A stretch of DNA of 64,000 nt. Origin: Carcharhinus longimanus (lineage: Eukaryota). The stretch covers positions 77,879,051 to 77,943,050 of the forward strand of contig JASCQW010000043.1 in NCBI GenBank assembly GCA_030264375.1. Direction: 5' to 3'. The stretch's first letter is position 1, and each line of letters begins with the position of its first letter. The notes below the pieces were generated by a model. That model had not been told where the DNA came from, did not search any database, and saw only the letters and a list, made by a program, of their open reading frames with translations. A program made the position numbers and the translations under genes. Of the stretch, positions 1 through 10,445 are shown in pieces.

Positions 1-36
1 CACCCCCTCCCTCCCTCCCTCCCTCCCCCCTCCCCA
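1..36 (-). repeat. (GGGA)n purine tract in the DIRAS 3'UTR, G-quadruplex candidate
   Basis: Plus strand caccccctccctccctccctccctccccccctcccc; the minus strand has seven G-runs separated by single A. Confidence 0.75.
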
Positions 37-109
37 GGCGGCCTCTCTGAGCCCCAGTCTGATGGGTTGGTTGTCCAGAGGGTTGTTGCTTATTCGGTTG
101 TGCGGCAGC

Positions 110-706
110 TCACATAACGACACACTTGCCCTTGAGTTTCTCTGTCCTCTTTTGCTGTTTGGATTTCTTGCCGTCGATCTGCAGGCTCACGGCCCGGCGC
201 TTCTCCAGATTCAGCAGTTCCTGGAAGAGCTCCTTGACGTTGTGGTTGGTCTTGGCCGAGGTCTCCATGAAGCCGCACTTCCAGCGCTTGGCCTGGGACT
301 CGCCGTCGCTGGCCTGCACCTCCCGCAGGCTGTCGTCGCACTTGTTGCCCACCAGCATGATGGGGATGCTCTCCACGTCCCCCTTGATCTGACACACTTG
401 CTCGTAGATGGGCTTCAGCTCCTCCAGGGACTGCTTGCTGGTGATGGAGTAGACTAGGATGAAGGCGTGCCCTTTGGAGATGGACAGGCGCTGCATGGCC
501 GGGAACTGGTGGCTGCCCGTGGTGTCGGTGATTTGTAAAGTGCAGATACTCTTATCGCAGCTGATGACCTGGCGATAAGTGTCTTCAATGGTGGGGATGT
601 AACTCTCCCGGAAAGTCCCCTTGACAAACCTCAGCACCAGCGAGCTCTTGCCCACGCCCCCCGCTCCGAACACCACCACCCTGTAATCATTGCTCTGCTC
701 CGGCAT
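110..706 (-). CDS. DIRAS2: Di-Ras small GTPase (DIRAS2-like), 198 aa, CDS within a single exon
   Basis: Translation [22 protein letters not shown]...DTTGSHQF...NKCD...ETSAK...KLKGKCVVM. It has the G1-G5 boxes, the Di-Ras-type DTTGSH in place of Ras DTAGQE, a polybasic tail and a CAAX motif (CVVM). ATG at 706 in context gtgaagATG, TGA at 110-112. Residues [17 protein letters not shown] and [13 protein letters not shown] match DIRAS2 better than DIRAS1. The paralog assignment is less certain than the family. Confidence 0.93.
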   Translation of the reverse strand: MPEQSNDYRVVVFGAGGVGKSSLVLRFVKGTFRESYIPTIEDTYRQVISCDKSICTLQITDTTGSHQFPAMQRLSISKGHAFILVYSITSKQSLEELKPIYEQVCQIKGDVESIPIMLVGNKCDDSLREVQASDGESQAKRWKCGFMETSAKTNHNVKELFQELLNLEKRRAVSLQIDGKKSKQQKRTEKLKGKCVVM

Positions 707-732
707 CTTCACAGGCTGTCTCAGACTGTCAC

Positions 733-760
733 CTAGAGTCAAAGGGAAAGAATAGATTAC
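733..760 (-). other. 3' splice acceptor of the 5'UTR intron; coding exon starts at 732
   Basis: Minus strand reads gtaatctattctttccctttgactctAG|gtgacagtctgagacagcctgtgaagATG, a polypyrimidine tract plus AG 26 nt before the ATG. This matches the known DIRAS architecture of a non-coding first exon and one coding exon. Confidence 0.8.
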
Positions 761-3700
761 ACATGCTCAGCTCATGTCCACGGCCAACATGTCTTTATTG
801 CAAGGCAGTCTTTATCATTCAGCTGATTAACCAGAGTCACTGTGCAAGAATCCTCTAACGCATTGATGCCCAGTTACATTCTCCCACTCCGGGTGTCTGC
901 AGAGCAGGAGAGATGGTCTCTGGAGTGCAGCTTCTCAGTTAACCTTCTGAGCATCCGAGCCACGGATCAGAGGGGTAAAAATGGGTGCAGAACATGCACC
1001 GCCCTGCCCACCGACCCTGCTCTGCACACAACCAATGTTATAGCCCCTGCAGCCTATTTTGTCAAACATATATAAATTTACCTTACGAGACAACACTACC
1101 AGTTCTAACGTGCCGGTCGCTTGGGTCGAGCCGCTGTGCGCTCAGTCTTGAGGACTCATGTTAGTTGAAGGTTGCACAGAGATCAGTGATGAAGGAGTCG
1201 GCTTCCTACTATCTGAAAGAGCTGGAGGGAGTTTCTGTCTGATATTTAAGGCTCCAGAGACGCAGGGATGTTGTTACGTATCTGGTTTGTTTAGAGAGCT
1301 CGGTGTGTGATCAGGGAGACGGGGATCTGACTATCGTCATCAGTAATTTTCACTGCTACCTCTTGGTGCTTGTCGTCAGAATACTGCAACAACAGAGCAC
1401 AAGCTGAGGCAGTGCTGCTAATAAATCTTCCTGGGCGAGAGAGCGAGAGAGCGCAGCGTGTCTCAAATCCGCACCGTCAGCACCAACAAAAAAAAATCTA
1501 CTCTTTTCAAGGCAGCATTTCATCGCGGGGAGTTTGACCACCACAAATCCTGCTGGCCTCTGTCAAATTTAACAACTGATTTAGGAAGCTAGAATAGAAA
1601 TTTAGGGGCTGCGAACAACCGGCCATTGTTTGTTTTTATATAGTGTTGGTAGGGTCAGTGAATAAGGAAGGAGGGTTTCCCAGTGGAACGGTCTGTTTCC
1701 CAGTCATTAAACCATTCCCACTCCCCTCCCAGATGATGCCAGACCTGTTTCCACATTCACTGAGCTTTTCCTTCCCTACTTTCCCAGACCGTGTGCACGT
1801 TCCCCATCAATCCCCCGCCGCCTCTGTCTGTCAGCGCTAACAAGGTTTAATATTCACTCGGTTTTAATAACCTGCACTTCATCCATTTCCAAGGGTCATC
1901 ATCGCCACCAATTGGACAGCGTCAGCGCAGCTCCCTGAGGTCAAGCCTGTGTAAAGCAGCCAGCGGGCTGTCTGAACTGTAAATAGCCATTCCAGCTTTT
2001 CAGCAGTCAAGGTTTTTTTGGTGTTTCTAATGTTACATTTAATCTCACGCTTCCATAATACTCCAATTCTCTGCGAATAAATCTGTCTAATTAAAGAGCT
2101 CGGCTTCTTTGACCATCCTTTTAATTCATTCCCACCTCCTTTTGGGGACAAATGACCGGTCCAAATCCATCCGAATATATCAAACAAGGCCGCGAGGAGC
2201 CCTTTTCTGATCTATTTTAAACAAGCAATTACATATGGTTTTCGTCTGTAAGGAGAATGTAATCTGTTATTTATTTCTAACATACACTTATTGGCGGACA
2301 AAGGATTTGGCCAGATACTTATGCGCTAGCTAAAAAGAAGTGTAAGTTACATAGTTAAATGCAAGGCCTAATAATCAGCTATATCTCAGAGAGACAATAG
2401 AAACATGGTCACAGCAGCGGATGGTTCAAGTTGACGATTCTTCACTAACCTGGCATTTTTAATCTGGTATTTGATTATTATCTTTCAAATGAAAAACCAA
2501 AGAGCTAACGAACAGCATTCAGATCAATGGCTTCTTTCATTTCGAAAATTTGGCTTTTGTATTCAGTACATTGTTCAGTTATATTTCTGAAGACAGAAAT
2601 GAGACCGTGCAAAAATATGTAACATTTACAAATTCAGACTCATTGCTGCGAGTGTCGTGTCGAATTCCAACATATGGCCAGCTCAATATTGAGTCGATTT
2701 TTGGAGGGAGAACTGATCTCAGTTATATTTGCCTCCCCAAACATTGCTAGAGAAATATAAAACCCTGATTAGCCTCAGCCAGTCAGTTTATATACAGTGC
2801 ATAGACTGACTGGGGTAGAGATCATATATTTATATTTGCCTTCATGCGCGTGATGTAGACAAAGTGTTTTATCTATAATATTAGGTGGATATAAAGCAAA
2901 ACACTGTCAGCTGTTCATCGGCCTTTAATATTTCAGCGTTGAAAGTACTTGCCTCTTACCATTTCTGATCACTTTTGCTGACATACATTGCCAAAGGGAC
3001 AAATCGGCAGCACCACCCCCCTCCCCCCACCCAACCCCAGTCATTTCAGGAACAACTAAATACTCAATTTTTTGGAATCACAAATTGTCATCGAGTTATG
3101 GCGTTTAACAGAGAGAGAGATCATTCGGCCCATCATGTCTGCGCCTGCCATCAACCAGCTAGCTATAATCTTCCCACTTTCTCACACTCCTGATTTGTGA
3201 AATAATGGGACATCAACAACATAACATCGTCAGAAATGCTGACAAAGATCAAACAGTGGATGGTTAAATATGTTTATTTTAAACCTTGTTTTAGAAGATG
3301 TAGAATGTTTATTGCCACATATTCGTCTAACATTTTAGAGATAATTCAGCATTTTCTATGGGAGCCAGACGAAAGGTTGCATTCGGTTTGGGTTCAAATG
3401 TACAAAAGGGAGAAAGATCCATCATTAGGACCCCGAGACCATGGCCAATGCCATATCCTCCGCATTTTGCAAAGGGGTTGGGGAGGGGGTGCCGTGAATC
3501 CGACGTGAGGCCAGGGGATGGTGGAGAATTCTTCACAGTGCGCTTCATGGCTGTTGTTCCTTTCCTCTGATGGGAAATGAAGGCTCAGCTCGGAAGTATA
3601 GACCGCGCTGTCTGAAGTTAGCTGGGCCATTGGAAGTAATGGGCTCCGAGTGAAAGAATGCAATGTTAAAATTGAGAGTTTAATTCAAGTTGACGGACTG

Positions 3701-4218
3701 GAGCTTTTATTAACCAGTGCTCAGGTATGCCAGATCGCCAGTAAGTGACTGTGAAGGTTGAAAAAGGCTCTGCATTCTGAAAGAGATCTCTGGGCTTCGA
3801 CTGACCTCGAAGAATAAGCCTACATATAAAAAACAGTGAAATTCTTATTTCCAAATTTCAGGCGCATCCCACTGACATTGATCAATTTATTAATCATTGA
3901 ATTATTTTGATTCTATTCAAAAGGGGTGAGTCAGACGAACCTGTAGGTTGGGTCATCTTCTCAGTTCGCTAGTCTTTTTTTTCTCCATTTAATTAGCTAT
4001 CCCATTCTCTCTCCCTAGCACAGGCCGGCAATATTGTTAACATTTTAGAAATGCCCCAAGAGGGAAATGTCTTTTTGCACACTGCTGAGTTTGACTAATG
4101 CAGTGAACAGGGGCGTGTTCTGCAAGCATTAGACTATCCAGACAATGCTGACAGAATGTTCCTAGGTGGCTCGGTTATCAATACTGAACCAAATCGGGAG
4201 TTTCCAATGAATGAACTG

Positions 4219-4365
4219 AGACCACTCTCTGAATGATCTGCACACCCATCACCTCTGGAAAATCAGCTCAGAATCACACAGAGGATGCTCTGCGGCTCTT
4301 TGTTGGACTAATCCAGATTTGAAATGCAGTTTCGAGGCCGAAACGATCGCTAGGCTGGGACACAG
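4219..4365 (+). repeat. Left arm of a long inverted repeat
   Basis: Reverse complement of 5217-5356 with 5 substitutions and one 13-vs-6-nt divergent patch. Confidence 0.95.
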
Positions 4366-4881
4366 CGATCAGTCCCATCATGCAGCATCTGCTATCAGCT
4401 TCCCCCTTGGCTGAATACCCAACATGAGACATCCTGCATTGTGCAGTCTATTTGTTCAAGCGGTCAGCTTCAAGCAGCACACACGGCATCACATCTGCAA
4501 ACACTCGGGTTATTTTGGCTGGTATCTAATATACTCTGTACATTTGATTTCACCTAAAATGAAAGACGGATCACCTGTCTGTTCAGAATTAAACCGGAGG
4601 CACACCCATTCCCAAGTTCCAGGAAATGTTGCCACACCAGCAGGAATGCCGGCTCCTTCACCTTCAAACAATAAAGGCGTCGCCACTGACTGTGCCCTGA
4701 GCCCGGAGATACTACCATCCTTTCACAGAAAGTAGACTAGCTCCAATATATCTGCAATATCAATCTAATCACCTGTTCATTATTGCAGGCAAGGTAGGTA
4801 CTATGTTAGCATATACATTTGAATCATTTTGCTAGGTCCATGTGCCCGCTATTCGTTCCTCAAACATGGAAAACACTTTAC

Positions 4882-5027
4882 CTCGGGAAGGGATCCGCGT
4901 ATTAAACTGGAGAGGAAGATTGGAAGGTCCACATGCCGCCGCGATGGCTCCAGTTTTCCGGCTGCAGTGGTTTCAGCAGTGAGTGGGGAGGCAGTGTCTG
5001 CTACACGCTGGCTTTCTGCCGTCTACT
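4882..5027 (-). promoter_or_regulatory. Candidate non-coding 5'UTR exon of DIRAS (or first exon/promoter)
   Basis: Donor cccgag|GTAAAG at 4881 in a CpG-containing segment. Possible acceptors at 4907 (cttccaatcttcctctcCAG) and 5028 (tgcttcattccctgtgTAG). CACGTG E-box near 5112. No transcript evidence. Confidence 0.35.
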
Positions 5028-5216
5028 CTACACAGGGAATGAAGCAGTGCTCTCTCTCTGAGTCCTAGAGCTCAGATTAGATCACCTCCTGTTTTTGCTG
5101 TCGACAGATGGCACGTGATTCCTTTCACAATAAGAGTCGCTTGTACTCTCCTTCCCATCTTCACCCTCAGCAGAATATCCTGCGTGAACAATGGGAGAGA
5201 CCTTCAGAGATTTTCT

Positions 5217-5356
5217 CTGTGTCCCAGCCTAGCGATCGTTTCGCCCTTAATTTCAAATCTGGATTAGTCTAACAAAGAGCCGCAGAGCATCCTCTGTCTG
5301 ATTCTGAACTGATTTTCCAGAAGTGATGGGTGTACAGATCATTCAGAGAGTGGTCT
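5217..5356 (-). repeat. Right arm of a long inverted repeat
   Basis: Reverse complement of 4219-4365; 129 of 134 aligned positions identical by hand alignment. Confidence 0.95.
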
Positions 5357-5849
5357 GTTTAAGAAATGTAGCGGTATTTGGAGTATTAGGGGGATTGATC
5401 CCAGCAACAGTTTGGCAAATTATCCTTTTTTCTGCCCCAGTCATGTTGTCGCCTGCAGAAGGGGTTGACTCATGCTGGCAAACTGGTGAACAGGCCCTGA
5501 CTGCATTCCAATCCTTTCCTCAATTACAATTTTTCTGGTGTGAACCTTCTTAGTTACTGTTAATTGAATGGGTATCCAAACTGAGCACAATCTTCACTCA
5601 CCTGTATGTGTCTTCCAGCAAGCAGTCACTGAGATAATGCTGGACAGCAGGCCCATTTCCTTCATGGCTAATGAATGATCCAGAGTCCTCCTCTAATAAA
5701 ATTACAATGCACATTTTCCAATTTCCAGGACAAATCCCTAAACCATTGATCAGAATTCTGGTCATTTTCACAACAGCAATAAATGGTCAAGGGTTTAAGG
5801 CATGACTGTCATATGAACCCAAGAATCATCAGCCATGTCTTCACAAGGT

Positions 5850-6122
5850 CCTCCAAATCTGGTGCCAAGAAAGGCATCCAACATTAACATTCTCTCCCAA
5901 GACAACCTACCCAGTGTCAAGATACTAATCAATCCAAACCAGCTCCGTAGGTGGGAAATGTTGTTCTTATGCCTGTTATCAGACTCCCAAAGCACCGAAT
6001 CATAACTCAGACACTACAGGAGATCCCAAGAGGGCAACGGAAATGCTTTGGAATGTATTCAAGGAATCCCTGAATAAGTCAAATCCCCTGCCAATTCCTG
6101 GAAGCTTCTGGGTTGTGACTGA
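5850..6122 (+). mobile_element. Decayed RTE-clade LINE fragment (C-terminal ORF region)
   Basis: Frameshifted peptide resembling RTE NISVLSQANLPS..NQLRW.GHV.RMP..RLPK..GGQRKRF...K.SL. Confidence 0.6.
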
Positions 6123-6124
6123 CC

Positions 6125-6830
6125 AATTTTTTTTATTGTTCATAGGACATGGGCATTGCTGGCTAGACCAGCATTCATTGCCCATTCCTAATTGACCTTG
6201 AGAAGGTAGACGTCAGCCACCTTCAAGCGTTTCAATCTATGCGATGGAGGTACATCCACAGTGCTGTTGGGGAGGGAGTTCCACAATTTTAACCCTGTGA
6301 CAGTGAATGAACAGCACTTAGTTCTAAATCAGAATGGCATGTGGCTTGAAGGGGAACTTGCAACTGTTGCTGATTCCAGGCATTTGCTGCCCATGTCCTT
6401 TTAGGCAGTATCAGCCTTTGGTTTGGAAGGTGTTGTCGAAGGAGCCATGGTGAGTTGCTGCAGTGAATCTTGCAGATGGTACACACTGCTGCCACTGTGC
6501 ATATTGAGGAGGTGCCGAACATGCAGGTTGCTTTGTCCTGGATGGTGTCAAGCTTCTTGAGTATTGTTGGAGCTGCACTTATCCAGGCAAGGAGAAAATA
6601 TTCCACCATACTGCTGATGTGTGCCCTTTAGATGGTGGACAGGCTTTGGGGAGGCAGGCAATGAGCTGTTGCCACAGAACTCCCAGCCTCTAATCTGCTC
6701 TAGGTGCCACAATGTTACTATTTCTGGTCAATAGCAACCCCTAGGATATTGATAGTGGAGGATTCAGTCACAGTAATGCCATTAAATGTCAAAAGGGGAT
6801 GATTAAGTGCTTCCTGATTGGAGATGGTTC
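6125..6830 (-). mobile_element. CR1/L2-group LINE 3' fragment (family B, tail GGGCAATAAATGCTGG)
   Basis: Minus ORF EYFLLAWISAAPTILKKLDTIQDKA...CTVAAVCTI.K.HCSNSP.LL, followed by a 3' tail ending in poly-A. Confidence 0.8.
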
Positions 6831-6904
6831 TTTCTCAGAGATATCCATACAAAAAAACGTAGATCATGTAAGAAGAATATACCTATCACTATATAATTAA
6901 CACC

Positions 6905-7264
6905 AGTTAAATATTTGTGGGACATGGCTGGCCAGCATTTATTGCCTATTGCTAGTTGCCCTTTAGAAGGTGCTGGTGAGTTGCCTTCTTGAATCGCTGC
7001 AATCATGTTCTGCGGGTTGACCAACAATGCCATTAGGGACAGAATTCCATGGTTTTGATCCAGCAACTGCGAAGGAATGGTGAAATACTTCCAAGCCAGG
7101 ATGGCAAATCGCTTGGTGGAGAATTTGCAAGTGGTGGTGTTCCCATTTATCTGTTGCCCTTGTCGTTCTAGATGGAAGTGGTCATAGGTTTAGAAGCTGC
7201 TGTCTCAGGATCCTTGGTGAATTGCTGCAGTGCATCTTGTAGATGGTACACACTGCTGCAATTG
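6905..7264 (-). mobile_element. CR1/L2-group LINE 3' fragment (family B), truncated by gap
   Basis: Homologous to 6125-6500 (gctggccagcatttattgcc ... tgcagtgcatcttgtagatggtacacactgctg). Confidence 0.8.
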
Positions 7265-7364
7265 NNNNNNNNNNNNNNNNNNNNNNNNNNNNNNNNNNNN
7301 NNNNNNNNNNNNNNNNNNNNNNNNNNNNNNNNNNNNNNNNNNNNNNNNNNNNNNNNNNNNNNNN

Positions 7365-7522
7365 TCACAGGTAGATAGATTTCTGATCAATAAGGGAATT
7401 AAGGGTTATGGGGAGCAGGCGGGTAAGTGGAACTGAACCACAATCAGATCAGCCATGATCTTATTGAATGGTGGGGCAGGCTCAAGGGGCTAGATGGCCT
7501 ATTCCTGCTTCTATTTCTTATG
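7365..7522 (+). mobile_element. HER1-type CR1 LINE 3' end
   Basis: DRFLINKGIKGYG ending, then atcagccatgatcttattgaatgg...cctattcctgcttctatttcttatgttct tail. Confidence 0.85.
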
Positions 7523-8045
7523 TTCTTGAGAAGGTAGTGATGAGTGGTCTTTTTGAAATGCTGCCATCAACGTGCTGTGGTTGATCCACAATGCCGTTAG
7601 AGGGAATTCCGGGATTTTGACTCAGCAACTGCGAAGGAACAGCAACATATTTCCAAGTCAGGACAGTGAGTGGCTTGGAGGGGAACTTGCAGGTGGTGCT
7701 GTTCACATGTTATCTGCTGCCTTTGTCATTCTAGATGCAAATGGTTGTGGGTTTGTGGCTGTCTAAAGAAACTTGGAGAGTTCCTGCAGTACATCTTGTA
7801 GACATACTGCTGCTACTGAGTGCCAGTGGTGGGAGTGCTTGTGGTGCCAATCAAACAAGCTGCTTTGTCCTGGATGGTTCAAACTTGAGTGTTGTTGGAG
7901 CTGCACCCATCTAGGCAAGTAAGAGTATTCCATCACACTCCTGACTTATGCCTTGTAGATGGTGGACAAGCTTTGGGGAGTCAGGAGGTGAGTTACTCGC
8001 CACAGTGTTCCTAGCCTCTGACTGCTCTTGCAGCCACTGTGGAGT
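7523..8045 (-). mobile_element. CR1/L2-group LINE fragment (family B)
   Basis: Third homolog of 6125-6830 (ttgtcctggatgg, gttgttggagctgcac, gtagatggtggacaagctttgggg). Confidence 0.8.
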
Positions 8046-10184
8046 AGCAGCACCCTGGCTGTTACTGGAAAATAAGTTATGTAATACTTAATGTAAGTAA
8101 ATGTTTTCATAATCTGCTTTTTAGTTTATGGAATAAAGAACAGAAAACTCTATTTGAAAAGACCATTGATCAGAGATAGGGTCAGAAAATGCACATATTT
8201 ATTGGCCAACTGTCTCTTTGAGTGTGGCTTCCTACTAGGAGAACAAGAACAGTGATTTTATTCCATAACATTATCCTTATTGCTGTGTGACTAACAAAAA
8301 TTTGAAATATTATGGTAAACTGTAAAGTTGGATAACTTGGAATAAAGGATAGTGTTGGAGATGTACATTTTTAGGACAATGTAATAAAACCAATATATTT
8401 TCAAATCTAGTGTAGAATTGTTGTATCAGGATTTGAAATTTAAATTTGCAAATTTAAGAATGTTTCATTTATACTTATAATTCATTATTGTATTATAAAT
8501 AGAAATAAATAATTTAGAAGGGTAAAATTTGGAATAACAGCAATTCCAAACCATTGAGACCATCCTAAATGAACGTTTTTCTTCTGATACCTGCAGAGTT
8601 ATACCAGCGTCCTCTGTTCTTGTGTTAAATGAATGACTAATGTGTCACTGTAGTAGTGCTATCACCTTACGGCAAGGCAGCAGAATTATGAATCCTATAA
8701 AAAATGGCACCATAAAATTAGAAACAAAAATTACATATTAATTTACATAAATATAACTGAAAAATGTTCTGTGTTCCCAAAAGACAATTAGCTATTCATC
8801 AGATATGCTTCATAGTTTGGGAGAGACAAATTATCTTTACACATTTCTCTAATTTGCCGAAGAGAAAACCATACATCTTTAATTTAAATAAGTGTCACAG
8901 ATATTCATTAAAATTGTTTCAATGAGCATTTTAAAAACTTTCACAACTTCATAGCAGTGGCCCATTCCAAGATTAGTGGCTGTATCAATCAATGACAAAA
9001 TAGTGATAACATTACTCCATTGTTTATTACCATCTGTCATTTCTATATTATCTGAGATTTGGAGACTCCAAACATATTACACAGGGACAAAGCTTTGAAT
9101 CTTAAAGGCTTAAAACTACTATTATTTCCGGAATGACTGTGTGCATCTCAGTAATGACTTCCATATTTTTGCACCATTAATGTATTGGGATATCAAAATA
9201 ACTTCATAAATAATAATGACCGTCCCAAGAAATAATGAAAAGGCTGATGTGTCTAGGCTGATGTGTATTTTCATAAGAGGAAAAGGAGCATTGCAATAAA
9301 TGTAATATATATTCATTTTTTTATCTGTGGGAAAGGTGAAATAATTTATTTCACTCATAAACTTGCAAGCACAAGCTTTCATTTTAAATTGTGGTGTGAA
9401 CTTGATCTTTGCCAGTAGTTTATTGGACTATGTTGATAGTTTATTTGTGAAGATATGTGCATCATTTTTAACATTATTGTAGAATGAATGAGCTAGCTAC
9501 ATTTTGGATGGTGGCTCATGTCCACAACTCTGTTTAGTCATCTTTGCAACTTAGTCAATGTAATTGAATTAAATTCGTTAACATTGAACAATATAGATAT
9601 TGTTTGAAATACCATAAACCTATAGTTCATTGATTTGAATAACAATGGTCATTATCACTTGTAAAATGTTGCTAGTGGGATTGTAGACTTTGCCTTTATC
9701 AAGTGAAATCAGTGCTTTAAATACATCTTCAGAAAATTATATTTAACAACAAAATTTGAATAAACATTTTACTCTGTGGAATAATGGACCAGCATTCATT
9801 CATTTTGGCATATTAATTCTTAAAGAGTAAGTTTTCCATGTTGTTCTTCACATTGGCAGCTGATTGGTCCCTCTGTGGTTAAAACATAATTCTGTTTTGT
9901 GTGTAGTCACGCAGAATTGTCAAGACATACATTGCTTTTTCCATATTTTACAAGGTCTGTCCAAGTGATTCTGTTCATGGGACAATTTGGAAATTCTTCC
10001 CTCGGCGATAACCAGTTCCCACAAGAGCAGTTACGTCTGTAACTTATTCCTCCATTTGCAAAGGATAACTTAGTCAATCTTTTAGTTTTCTACCAGGCGG
10101 TTAAGAACATGCATCCATAAAGTGTTTTCTTAACATCCAAAAATATTTTGCAGTCAAGTCTTTCTGTAGTTTGTTAACTTTATA

Positions 10185-10445
10185 AAGTGACCAAGTGCAA
10201 CAGAACAGTTGTGCTCACAATGCTGATAACATAATCTGACACTTGGTTGAAGACACCACAAGAAATTCCACTGAAAAATACGTAGAATCATTTAAATCTA
10301 TCTGGCTGGACAGATAAGGACTTGGTTTTGCTTCTTATGTAATAGCTGGCACACCTGAGGATGCAGCACTCCCCCATTACTGAAGTATTCATGTGGATTA
10401 ACCCTACTCCAGTCTCTGGAAAAGGGTTTGAACCCAAAGTTTTCC
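10185..10445 (-). mobile_element. Old Deu-domain SINE remnant (SacSINE1/AmnSINE1-like)
   Basis: ggcacacctgaggatgcagcactccccc..tactg plus a B-box-like gggtttgaaccc; homologous to 44870-45148. Confidence 0.5.

Noticed and set aside
62-457. Antisense and alternate-frame ORFs overlapping DIRAS
   Set aside because: Expected shadow ORFs of a GC3-rich CDS; no recognisable protein.
707-742. N-terminal extension [12 protein letters not shown] in the ORF track
   Set aside because: Starts at a TTG inside the intron's polypyrimidine tract; the conserved start is the ATG at 706.
1898-1923. Full RE1/NRSE site (atcgccaccaattggacagcgtc)
   Set aside because: Left half mismatched and spacer non-canonical; kept only as a half-site remark.
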